From contig JAZBLP010000009.1 in assembly GCA_037033305.1 (NCBI GenBank), forward strand, positions 187-64,186: a stretch of 64,000 nt of DNA, given 5' to 3'. The notes beneath the pieces were generated by a model. The model saw nothing but the letters and a program-made list of their open reading frames with translations. It made no database searches and was not told the origin of the DNA. Position numbers and translations under genes: made by a program. Shown here piece after piece: positions 15,173-23,311 of the stretch. How positions within the stretch are numbered: the stretch's first letter is position 1; each line of letters opens with the position of its first letter. The stretch is from Actinomycetota bacterium. GTDB lineage: Bacteria; Actinomycetota; Actinomycetes; Actinomycetales; Microbacteriaceae.

Positions 15173-15604
15173 GCAAGCGCTCCTGCGCCCCCTCGAGCTC
15201 CTCTTGGCGCGCACGCACGCACACGCTCGCCGTGCCCTTCGTTCGATTCTGGGCAGCCTTCCGCGGACGCCCCTGACGGCTTTCTCTGAGATAGCCCAAC
15301 CGAAACTTCGTCCCCGCCATGCTCTGGCCATGAGCTTGCCCACGGTCCCTCGGCGCGTGGTGTCGACAACAGCTCGCATGGGCACGACTACACACTTCCG
15401 CGTCCAGCGCGGCGGGGCACGAAGGAAAACCCAGTTCAAAAGGCATGTTACCGAACTGCGCCCACCAGCGCCACGCTGCCGCATTTGGCCTACCTGGCCG
15501 GCACGTCGGGACTGCCGGTAGCTGCGGGGCCGCTCAGAGAACCCTCAGAGCCGCTCACACCGATCCCGCGCGTCGGGCCTCACCAGTCCCCGGCACAGAC
15601 CCAA

Positions 15605-15814
15605 AGGTGCGTTTACGCGATTGTTGAGAACCTCCTAGATGAGAAAAACCTCTTTGACCGCGATTTCGGCCTTGCGCACTTGTCGATGGTGAGCCTAACG
15701 GAAGCCTCGGTTCTCCACCACGAGTTCAATAAGACCGAGCAGAATCGCCTCGTGGACCGTGATCCCGATCGGTGGAGGTATGCGAACGACGACGGTGTTA
15801 TCTACCCGGAGTAA
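15605..15814 (+). other. Protein-like ORF tail (possible gene remnant or 42-aa small ORF from ATG 15686)
   Basis: Only the last ~70 codons of track ORF 15485..15814 look protein-like (VYAIVENLLDEKNLFDRDFGLAHLSMVSLTEASVLHHEFNKTEQNRLVDRDPDRWRYANDDGVIYPE). The upstream part is Pro/Gly/Ala noise with no convincing start. Confidence 0.3.
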
Positions 15815-15842
15815 TTGAAGACCGGAGTCCTAGCCGCTCGAC

Positions 15843-15881
15843 GTACCCTTGCGTGTCGTTTGATACGCAAGGGTACCTTTT
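15843..15881 (+). terminator. Strong intrinsic terminator
   Basis: GTACCCTTGCGT (15843-15854) pairs with ACGCAAGGGTAC (15865-15876) across a 10-nt loop, followed by CTTTT. Confidence 0.8.
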
Positions 15882-15945
15882 CGTAATTGTGTTGGGCATA
15901 AGTATCAGGATCTCTCTTTGCCACCAGCCTGTTCCGACCGGCTGC

Positions 15946-16605
15946 TCAGATCGAGAAGGCCTGGTCGGTGAGGCGTCGCTCGGCAGCCTGCTGGCCGCTG
16001 GCCAGATGGCGAGGGACCATCACGCGGAGGGCGTCGGTGTCACGTGCGGCGACGGCCTCGAGGATCAGCCGATGCTCTTCGGCCATCGCGAGCAGATCGT
16101 CGTGCTGGCCGAAGAGCCAGCGCAGCCGGGTGACGAACACCGCGATGAGCTCGCCCAGCATCTCGTTGCCCGCGAGCTCGGCGGAGATCTCGTGGAACTC
16201 GCCCGCAGCGATCCGTGCTGCATCGGTCTCGCCGGCGGATGCTGCGGCGAATTCGCGCTCGTAGGCGGCCCGAAGCCGCGCGATCCCCTCATCGGTGTGA
16301 CGTTCGGCGGCGAAGACGAAGATCAGGGTCTCGATCGCCTCGCGCACCTCACCGAAATCCTGGATGTCGCGATGCGTGAACTCGCGCACGACGGCCCAGG
16401 TCCGCGGGCGGGCGACAACCACTCCCTCGCCGACGAGAGTGCGGATCGCCTCGCGCACCGGAAGCCGCGAGACGTTGAGCTCGGCCGCGATATCGCGTTC
16501 GATGAGCCGGGAACCCGGGGCGCGCCGACCGAGCACGATGTCGTCGCGAAGAACGCGCGTCACCCGCACCGACTCGAGTTCGCCGGTAGTCCCCACCCCC
16601 GCCAT
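15946..16605 (-). CDS. GntR family transcriptional regulator (FadR/FCD type)
   Basis: Track ORF. Contains LIERDIAAELNVSRLPVREAIRTLVGEGVVV followed by a helical FCD-like C-terminus. Confidence 0.88.
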   Translation of the reverse strand: MAGVGTTGELESVRVTRVLRDDIVLGRRAPGSRLIERDIAAELNVSRLPVREAIRTLVGEGVVVARPRTWAVVREFTHRDIQDFGEVREAIETLIFVFAAERHTDEGIARLRAAYEREFAAASAGETDAARIAAGEFHEISAELAGNEMLGELIAVFVTRLRWLFGQHDDLLAMAEEHRLILEAVAARDTDALRVMVPRHLASGQQAAERRLTDQAFSI

Positions 16606-16741
16606 AACCGAATTGTCTCACTCGGAGAACCGCCCGACAAGTTTGGTATCCCAGGGCGGCGCGGATGTTACGGGCGCGTGGTCGCGGTCGGACGCGAGAG
16701 AGGGAGCGGATGCCTCGGCATCCGCTCCCTCGTCTGAGTCG

Positions 16742-17383
16742 TCAGGGCCGACGGTTGGCGATCGCGAGGTTCGCCTTCAGCTCGTCGGCGTTCTGCCGCA
16801 CGACGTATGCCGGGCGGTCGCGCTCGACCCTCCAGGACTCGCTGAGGGGTCCGACGTTGACCGTGTCGAAGCCGGCTTCGTCATAGAAGCGGGTGACGAA
16901 GGCGACGGCCTCTGCATCGTCGCCCGCCGTGGCGAGCGCACGCCGATCGGCCGTGCCCGCCGGCGAGCCATCGGTCGTGATGTCGGCCGCGAAGATGTGG
17001 TTGAACGCCTTCGCGATCCGAGACGTCGGCAGCTGGGCCTGCAGAAGCTCAGAGGTGGTGGTCTCGCCGCGGTCGAGGGCGTCGATGCGCCCGTCGCGTT
17101 CGAAGTAGTAGTTGTTCGTGTCGAGCACGATCTTGCCGGCGAGCTGCTCGACCGGCAGCTCGTCGATCTTGCCCAGGGGCACCGTGACGACGACGGCGTC
17201 GCCGGCCGCAGCGGCATCTGCGGCTGTCGCAGCCGATGCTCGATCGCCGAGCTCCGCGACGAGGTCTGCGAGTGTCTCCGGACCGCGTGAGTTCGCGATC
17301 ACCACGTCATAGCCGTTGGCCACCGCGACGCGAGCGACCTGGCTGCCGATGTGTCCTGCACCGATGATTCCGAGAGTAGTCAT
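16742..17383 (-). CDS. NAD(P)-binding oxidoreductase (NADPH-dependent F420 reductase-like)
   Basis: Track ORF. MTTLGIIGAGHIGSQVARVAVANGYDVVIANSRGPE is a Rossmann N-terminus. Confidence 0.75.
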   Translation of the reverse strand: MTTLGIIGAGHIGSQVARVAVANGYDVVIANSRGPETLADLVAELGDRASAATAADAAAAGDAVVVTVPLGKIDELPVEQLAGKIVLDTNNYYFERDGRIDALDRGETTTSELLQAQLPTSRIAKAFNHIFAADITTDGSPAGTADRRALATAGDDAEAVAFVTRFYDEAGFDTVNVGPLSESWRVERDRPAYVVRQNADELKANLAIANRRP

Positions 17384-17439
17384 GCTGGGCCCAACGCGCG
17401 CCCCGCGCCGCTATTCCCGGGTGACTCCGTGTGTCGCGA

Positions 17440-18387
17440 TCACACCGTGAGCAGGAAGCGCTCCTCGACCCGGCGATAGCCAAGGCTCTCGTAGAGCCGG
17501 ATCGCCGAGGCGTTGAAGCCGAAGACATGCAGCCCCATCGAGTCGGCGCCGAGTCGAGCCGCCTCGCGCTCGGCCGCGAGCATGAGATCCCGGCCGTAGC
17601 CCTTGCGACGCTGGTCCTCGGCGACCTCGATGTCGAGGATGAACCCGTGCGGCCGCCCGCCACGGCGACGGATGCCGATCCACAGCACCCCGACCTCGAC
17701 ACCGTCGACACGGGCGGTGAACAGCTCCTGCCCCTCCGAATCGATGCCGTCCGGCAGCTCGAGCTCCATCTGCCGGTGCGACTCGACCGCAGCATCGGCG
17801 GGGGAATATCGTCCGGATGCCACCAGATCGTCCGCGAAGGCCGCCTCGGATGCGGCGGCGAAGCTCGTGAAGCGCTCCGGGGTCATCGTCGCCACGACGA
17901 ACCCGTCGTCTGTCGGCTGCACCGCCCGGGACGGGAGGGGTTCGAGAAGCATCTGGATCGACGCGACCTCGAATCCCCGCCCCTCGACGAAATCGCGGCC
18001 GGCGGTGTCGGAGGCATGCAGGGCGACACTCAGACGACCGACCCGCTGCCGGCGCGCGAGCGCCGTCAGCTCGTCGAGCAGATCATCGAGCTGACGGGCG
18101 CTGGGCTCGGTCGCGAACGCGAGATCGACGATGAACAGCACGCCGTTGTTCGCGGCGAGCCAGCCGGTGCCGATCCGGGTGTCGCCGTCGTCGATCGTCA
18201 GGATGAGCGAGGTCTCGGTGTCATGCCCGGCCGGGAGCAGCTCGTCGAGCACGGCGTCGACGTGCGCGACGGCATCGACGCCGACGTACATCCCCGATTC
18301 CTGTCGCAGCGTCACCAGGCGGGCCCTGGTGGCCTCACGCCAGTCGTCGAAGCCTTCGGCGGTGAGAGGTGTCAGTGCAACAGGCAT
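17440..18387 (-). CDS. GNAT family N-acetyltransferase (two-domain)
   Basis: Track ORF 17440..18402 (GTG start). ATG 18387 is an equally plausible start. C-terminal domain: ILDIEVAEDQRRKGYGRDLMLAAEREAARLGADSMGLHVFGFNASAIRLYESLGY. Confidence 0.85.
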   Translation of the reverse strand: MPVALTPLTAEGFDDWREATRARLVTLRQESGMYVGVDAVAHVDAVLDELLPAGHDTETSLILTIDDGDTRIGTGWLAANNGVLFIVDLAFATEPSARQLDDLLDELTALARRQRVGRLSVALHASDTAGRDFVEGRGFEVASIQMLLEPLPSRAVQPTDDGFVVATMTPERFTSFAAASEAAFADDLVASGRYSPADAAVESHRQMELELPDGIDSEGQELFTARVDGVEVGVLWIGIRRRGGRPHGFILDIEVAEDQRRKGYGRDLMLAAEREAARLGADSMGLHVFGFNASAIRLYESLGYRRVEERFLLTV

Positions 18388-18418
18388 GGATCCATCCTGC
18401 ACCGCATCGCCTCGACGC

Positions 18419-18853
18419 TCACGACTTGTGCAGCGCGTCCTCCGCGGCCACCCACGCGAGCATCGCGCACTTCACCCGTGCCACGTAGCGCGAGACGCCC
18501 CCGAGAGCCGCGGCATCGCCGAGCAGCTCTTCGTCGGGCTCGATCTTGCCCCGCGAGCGCATCGCCTCGCGGAACGCCGCGATGCGGATCTCCAGCTCAT
18601 CGACCGTGAGGCCCTCGGCCAGCTCGGCGAGCAGAGACGCGGATGCCTGCGAGATCGCGCAGCCGTGCCCCTCCCACGCGATCGCCTCGATGCTGCCGTC
18701 GGCGTCGCGGTGCACCTGCAGCGTCACCTCGTCACCGCAGGTCGGGTTGACCTGATGCGACTGCGCGGCGATCTCATCGCGCAACCCGAACCCGTGCGGG
18801 GTGCGGGAGTGATCGAGGATGAGCTCTTGGTACAGGTTCTGCAGGTCGCTCAT
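18419..18853 (-). CDS. sufU: SufU-type Fe-S cluster assembly sulfur-transfer protein
   Basis: Track ORF. Three conserved Cys in NPTCGDEV, GHGCAIS and RVKCAML. ATGA overlap with sufS. Confidence 0.9.
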   Translation of the reverse strand: MSDLQNLYQELILDHSRTPHGFGLRDEIAAQSHQVNPTCGDEVTLQVHRDADGSIEAIAWEGHGCAISQASASLLAELAEGLTVDELEIRIAAFREAMRSRGKIEPDEELLGDAAALGGVSRYVARVKCAMLAWVAAEDALHKS

Positions 18854-20172
18854 GCGCCCCTCCGGAAGAAGTCGATCGCGCCCTGGACGCCGTCGATCAC
18901 AGCGTCGATCTCGTCATCGGTCGTGTACAGGTAGGTGCTGGCCCTCGTCGAGGAGGTGACGCCGAGGCGGCGATGCAGCGGCTGCGCGCAGTGGTGTCCG
19001 ACACGCACCGCGATGCCTCGATCATCGAGGAACTGCCCGACATCGTGCGAATGGATGCCCTCGACGTCGAAGCTCGCGAGCCCCACGCGCGGCAGATCGA
19101 TGCCGGCGCCGAGCACGCGCACGCCCTCGATGGCCGTGAGTCCTTCGACGAGTCGCGCGCCGAAGGCGGCCTCGTGCGCCGCGATGCTCGGCATCCCGAC
19201 CGCGGTCAGGTAGTCGATCGCCGCGGCGAGCGCGACCGCCTGGGAGACCCTCTGGGTGCCGGCCTCGAACCGTTGCGGCGGCGGCAGGTACGCCGCCTCG
19301 GTCGTGGTGACCGTGGTGATCATCGACCCGCCCGTCAGGAACGGGGGCATGGCCTCGAGCAGCTCGCGTCGCCCGTACAGTGCGCCGATTCCCGTGGGTC
19401 CGAGCATCTTGTGCCCGGACACCACGGCGAAATCCACGTCGAGTGCGCGCACGTCGAGCGGCAGATGGGGTGCTGACTGGCACGCGTCGAGCACGAGGAG
19501 CGCGCCGACGCCTCGCGCGAGCGCCACGAGCTGCGCGACCGGATTGATGACCCCGAGCACATTCGACACATGCGTGACGGCGACGAGCTTGGTGCGCTCG
19601 GTGATGAGCTCTGCGGCGGCGTCGAGCCGGAGGCCGCCGTCATCGTCGAGCGGAATGACACGCAGCGTCGCTCCTGTACGAGCCGCCAGCTCCTGCCACG
19701 GGATGAGATTGGCGTGGTGCTCCATCTCTGTGGTGACGATCTCGTCGCCCTCACGCAGACGCAGGCGCTCGGCGCCCGCGCCACCGCGACCGAGCGAGGC
19801 GTTCGAGATCGAGTACGCGATGAGGTTGAGCGCTTCGGTCGCGTTCGACGTCCATACGATCTCGCCCTCGTCAGCGCCCACGAACCGCGCGACGGTGGCG
19901 CGAGCGTCCTCGAACACCTCGGTGGCCTCGGCCGCGAGAGTGTGCGCACCCCGGTGAACCGCGGCGTTGAGGGTGGTGGCGAACTCGCGTTCGGCGTCGA
20001 GGACGGCGAGCGGACGCTGCGACGTCGCACCCGAGTCCAGATACACGAGCGGGTGGCCGTTGACCTCGGAACGCAGGAGCGGGAAGTCCTCGCGGAGTCG
20101 CCGCACCTCGACATCGGTCAGCGGGCCGCCCCCGGGAGGGGCGATCACGTCGGATTCGCGGGAGATGCTCAT
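18850..20172 (-). CDS. sufS: Cysteine desulfurase, SufS family
   Basis: Track ORF. Contains SGHKMLGPTGIG (PLP lysine) and RVGHHCAQPL (catalytic Cys). Confidence 0.92.
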   Translation of the reverse strand: MSISRESDVIAPPGGGPLTDVEVRRLREDFPLLRSEVNGHPLVYLDSGATSQRPLAVLDAEREFATTLNAAVHRGAHTLAAEATEVFEDARATVARFVGADEGEIVWTSNATEALNLIAYSISNASLGRGGAGAERLRLREGDEIVTTEMEHHANLIPWQELAARTGATLRVIPLDDDGGLRLDAAAELITERTKLVAVTHVSNVLGVINPVAQLVALARGVGALLVLDACQSAPHLPLDVRALDVDFAVVSGHKMLGPTGIGALYGRRELLEAMPPFLTGGSMITTVTTTEAAYLPPPQRFEAGTQRVSQAVALAAAIDYLTAVGMPSIAAHEAAFGARLVEGLTAIEGVRVLGAGIDLPRVGLASFDVEGIHSHDVGQFLDDRGIAVRVGHHCAQPLHRRLGVTSSTRASTYLYTTDDEIDAVIDGVQGAIDFFRRGA

Positions 20173-20227
20173 CCTTCTAGCTTCTCATCTGACGCACCCC
20201 GTGGGGCCTCCCGCCGAGGTGGCGCGA

Positions 20228-22102
20228 TCAGGGTCGGACGAGAATGTTGTCCGTGTCCGCGAACCCGACGGCACCCGTCACCGGGTCGACATAGCGCAGA
20301 GTGATCCGGTGGAGCCCGGGCCGGACATCGACGAACGACACGATGGTCGACGAATCGCCGAGCACCACGAACGACGCGGGATCACCGTCCACGGACACGG
20401 ATGCCGTCGCACCGGAGACGCCGCGGACGTCCAGCGAGAGGTCATCGCGTCGCCCGTCACCATCGGAATCGACGCGAGCGACGACGCCGTCCGAGTCCTC
20501 CCCGAGACCCGGAACGGGGAAGTAGCGGCGACCGGTCTGATCGCTCACCGTCTGCGCACCGGTGGTCGGGGATGTGTGGCGCATCGAGATCGACATCCCC
20601 TGGTGAAGCATGTCGACGTCGGGGCGCACCGAGAAGCCCCCGGCGGAATCGACGATGGTGGTGGCGATGACGAGGCCGGTCTCGTCGATGATCTGCACCG
20701 CCGCGCCCGGAGTTCCCGTGCCGGTGATGGTCGGCGCGAAACCCGTCGACGGGTCGATGCTCCAGTCCATCGTGACCGGGGGCTCGACCACCGGGGGCTC
20801 GACCACCGGGGGCTCGACCACCGGGGGCTTCTGCGGAACCGGAACCGTCGGGACCCCCACCGGAAGCTGAACGACCGGAGCCGACGATGGTCCCGCCGGG
20901 GGCCGGGTTCCCTCCTCCCCCGTGGTCAGCGGCTGCGTCTCGTCCGCCGGTGTCCGCGGAGCGACAGGATCGACGACGAGATCCGGCGCCGGCTGCATCT
21001 CGGGGGTCGCTGCAGGGGGTTGCGCGTCGACCTGCGCATCAGGCTCGGTGGGAGGCGACACGGGCGCGACCGTTTCGGGCGCGCCGATCGGAGCCGGGGA
21101 AGCGATGACGAGCGCAGATGGCGGAGTGGATGACGCGTCGGCATCCGGCGCTCCTGCGGGCGCCAGCTGAGCGGCGACCGCGACGACCGCGACGACCGCG
21201 GTCGCCGCGGCGGCGCTGCCGCTGACGACCAGCCACCGTGCATTGCCCCTCGGCATCCAGGCCGGCCCAGAGGCAGCCATGGCAGGTGCGGGAGACCCGG
21301 CCGAATAGGCCGCCGCCGCCGAACCGCCGAGAATCGCCGGCAGGAGCACAGCCCGCAGCTTCAACGAGGCCCGTTCGATCTCAGCGCTCGCCATCGTGCA
21401 TCGGCGACAGTGTTCCAGGTGCGCATCGAATCGTGGGCGGTCCGCGCGCGCCACATGGCGCTTTCTGCCCTGCGCCACGATGCGCTCGCAGACCCAACGG
21501 CATTCGGGTTCGCGTCCGGGTTCCTTGATGTGGGCCTGCAGCCAGGCGAGCTTGAAGCCCTCGCGCGCCCGGGCCGCCAGCACGGAGACGGCGTTCGGGG
21601 TCATCCCCATGAGAGGAGCGATCTCACGCGGCTTCATGCCCTCGACCTCGAGATACCAGAGCAGGGTGCGCCATCGCTCGGGAAGGTCCTTGAATGCGGC
21701 CGTGAGCAGCGCCTTGTCGGACAGCAGGTCGAGCGAGTCCTCGGTATGCTCGGCAGGAACCTCTTCGATGTACTCCAGGGCGATGACGTCCTTCTGCTTG
21801 CCTCCCCAGGTGGCGGCCGCGCTGCGCACGGCCGCGAAGATGTACGGACGGAACGCCTCCGTCGGACCGCCGCCGTTGCGGATGGCGCTGAAGGTCTTGG
21901 CGAACGCCTCGCTGACGAGGTCCTCCGGATCGATCGAGCTCGTGATCGAACGCGCAGCGCGGAGGGCTGCCGGCGAGTGGCGATCCCAGAGCACGCCGAA
22001 CGCACCGCTGTCGCCTGCTCGGGTCGCGAGGACGAGTTCGTCGTCGCTCGTCTCGGAGTCGATCCGCGTGCGGGCCATGGTGCTCGAGGCCTCCGACATC
22101 AT
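20228..22102 (-). CDS. ECF sigma factor fused to zinc-finger anti-sigma motif, TM segment, Pro-rich linker and extracellular Ig-like domains
   Basis: Track ORF 20228..22588 trimmed to ATG 22102, which overlaps the stop of the upstream gene (ATGA). Sigma region 2: DPEDLVSEAFAKTF. Region 4: MKPREIAPLMGMTPNAVSVLAARAREGF. ZAS-like motif: HLEHCRRC. Hydrophobic segments (LRAVLLPAILGG; ATAVVAVVAVAAQL), then Pro-rich sequence with 4 PPVVE repeat units, then a beta-rich C-terminus. Confidence 0.85.
   Translation of the reverse strand: MMSEASSTMARTRIDSETSDDELVLATRAGDSGAFGVLWDRHSPAALRAARSITSSIDPEDLVSEAFAKTFSAIRNGGGPTEAFRPYIFAAVRSAAATWGGKQKDVIALEYIEEVPAEHTEDSLDLLSDKALLTAAFKDLPERWRTLLWYLEVEGMKPREIAPLMGMTPNAVSVLAARAREGFKLAWLQAHIKEPGREPECRWVCERIVAQGRKRHVARADRPRFDAHLEHCRRCTMASAEIERASLKLRAVLLPAILGGSAAAAYSAGSPAPAMAASGPAWMPRGNARWLVVSGSAAAATAVVAVVAVAAQLAPAGAPDADASSTPPSALVIASPAPIGAPETVAPVSPPTEPDAQVDAQPPAATPEMQPAPDLVVDPVAPRTPADETQPLTTGEEGTRPPAGPSSAPVVQLPVGVPTVPVPQKPPVVEPPVVEPPVVEPPVTMDWSIDPSTGFAPTITGTGTPGAAVQIIDETGLVIATTIVDSAGGFSVRPDVDMLHQGMSISMRHTSPTTGAQTVSDQTGRRYFPVPGLGEDSDGVVARVDSDGDGRRDDLSLDVRGVSGATASVSVDGDPASFVVLGDSSTIVSFVDVRPGLHRITLRYVDPVTGAVGFADTDNILVRP
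20776..20829. repeat. 15-bp tandem repeat (3.6 copies) inside the sigma-fusion gene
   Basis: CCGGGGGCTCGACCA occurs three times plus a partial copy. It encodes the 4 in-frame PPVVE units on the minus strand. Confidence 0.9.
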
Positions 22103-23286
22103 CGTCCTCTCGGTTCGGAGATCGCGCGCGCCGCGTCGAGGCGCACACTCGAAGACGTGTCGACGAGCGTGCAGGGGATGTCGTCGACGCGGCTCACACC
22201 GAGAAAGCCCATCGCCGTGAGGAGCTCGTCGTGAAGCACCTCGAAAGCACGTTCCACCCCGGCCTGCGCTCCTGCGGCCAGCCCCAGGGCGAACGGACGG
22301 CCCGCAGCGGCTGCATCGGCACCGAGGGCGAGCGCCTTCGCGATGTCCGAGCCGCGCCGCATCCCACCGTCGATGATCACCGCTGCACGGTCGTCCACGG
22401 CGTCGATGACCCCGGGGAGGGCCTCGATGGTCGCCTGCTGGCTGTCGAACTGACGGCCGCCGTGGTTCGACACGAAGACCCCGTCTGCACCGTGTTCGAC
22501 GGCCAGGCGCGCATCCTCGGGCGTCATGATGCCCTTCACCACGATGTTCCCCGTCCAGGCGCTGCGCAGTCGGGCGATGTCGTCCCACGTCGCCGTCTGG
22601 TTCTCATTGCGCGCCATCCAACCCTCCATCTCACGCATGCGGATCGCTCGTCCCTCGATGCGGTAGTTGCCCCAGGTCATCGCGCGTCCGAGCAGCCACC
22701 GCGTGACCCAGGCGGGGTGCAGCGCGGTGTTCACGATGTCGCGCAGCGGCGGTCGCGGCGGCATGCCGGTTCCGTGTCTGAGGTCCCGGTCGCGCTTGCT
22801 CGACACTGCGACATCGCCGGCGACGACGAGCGTGTCCACGCCGAGGGCACGGGCGCGATCGATATGGCGACGCGTCTCGGCGGCGTCGTTCCAGAAGGCG
22901 ATCTGCGCCCATACTCGCCCGGGAGCGGCATCCGCGACCTCATCGAGCGAGCAGCCCGACCAGGGGCTGTGCACGAAGACACTGCCCGAGGTCGCGGCTG
23001 CCCGCGCGATGGCCACGTCAGCGTCGGGGTGGCACACGGTCAGAAGGCCCATGGGAGAGACGACCAGGGGAAGGTCGAGTCGGGTTCCGAGGATGCTGGT
23101 CGCCGCGTGGCGCTGGGAGGTGTCGACGAGAACCCGTTGGGAAAGCAGATGCGCGTCGAGCGCCTCACGGTTGCGTCGAAGGGTGAGCTCGTCGAGCGCC
23201 CCTCCCTCGATGAAGTCGAAGACCATGGCCGGCAGGCGGCGCCGGGCACGGCTCCTGAGGTCGTCGATGCTGTGGATGTGTCGCAC
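22099..23286 (-). CDS. FMN-dependent alpha-hydroxy acid dehydrogenase/oxidase (L-lactate dehydrogenase/glycolate oxidase family)
   Basis: Track ORF. Contains DDLRSRARRRLPAMVFDFIEGGA, VSNHGGRQFD and GADAAAAGRPF. Confidence 0.88.
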   Translation of the reverse strand: MRHIHSIDDLRSRARRRLPAMVFDFIEGGALDELTLRRNREALDAHLLSQRVLVDTSQRHAATSILGTRLDLPLVVSPMGLLTVCHPDADVAIARAAATSGSVFVHSPWSGCSLDEVADAAPGRVWAQIAFWNDAAETRRHIDRARALGVDTLVVAGDVAVSSKRDRDLRHGTGMPPRPPLRDIVNTALHPAWVTRWLLGRAMTWGNYRIEGRAIRMREMEGWMARNENQTATWDDIARLRSAWTGNIVVKGIMTPEDARLAVEHGADGVFVSNHGGRQFDSQQATIEALPGVIDAVDDRAAVIIDGGMRRGSDIAKALALGADAAAAGRPFALGLAAGAQAGVERAFEVLHDELLTAMGFLGVSRVDDIPCTLVDTSSSVRLDAARAISEPRGR

Positions 23287-23311
23287 GTCGTGCTCCTGTG
23301 GGAAATGGCTG

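Noticed and set aside
15485-15814. 109-aa track ORF as an intact gene
   Set aside because: The first ~40 codons are Pro/Gly/Ala noise with no SD. Only the C-terminal ~70 codons look protein-like, so I listed it as a possible remnant or small ORF at low confidence.
20776-20829. Possible CRISPR-like repeat
   Set aside because: The 15-bp units are directly tandem with no spacers, lie in-frame inside a coding region (PPVVE), and no cas genes are present.
22103-22588. N-terminal 162-codon extension of the sigma-fusion ORF
   Set aside because: It overlaps the 3' end of the dehydrogenase gene in another frame and is Arg/Gly/Pro noise. ATG 22102, with its ATGA coupling, starts the recognisable sigma region.
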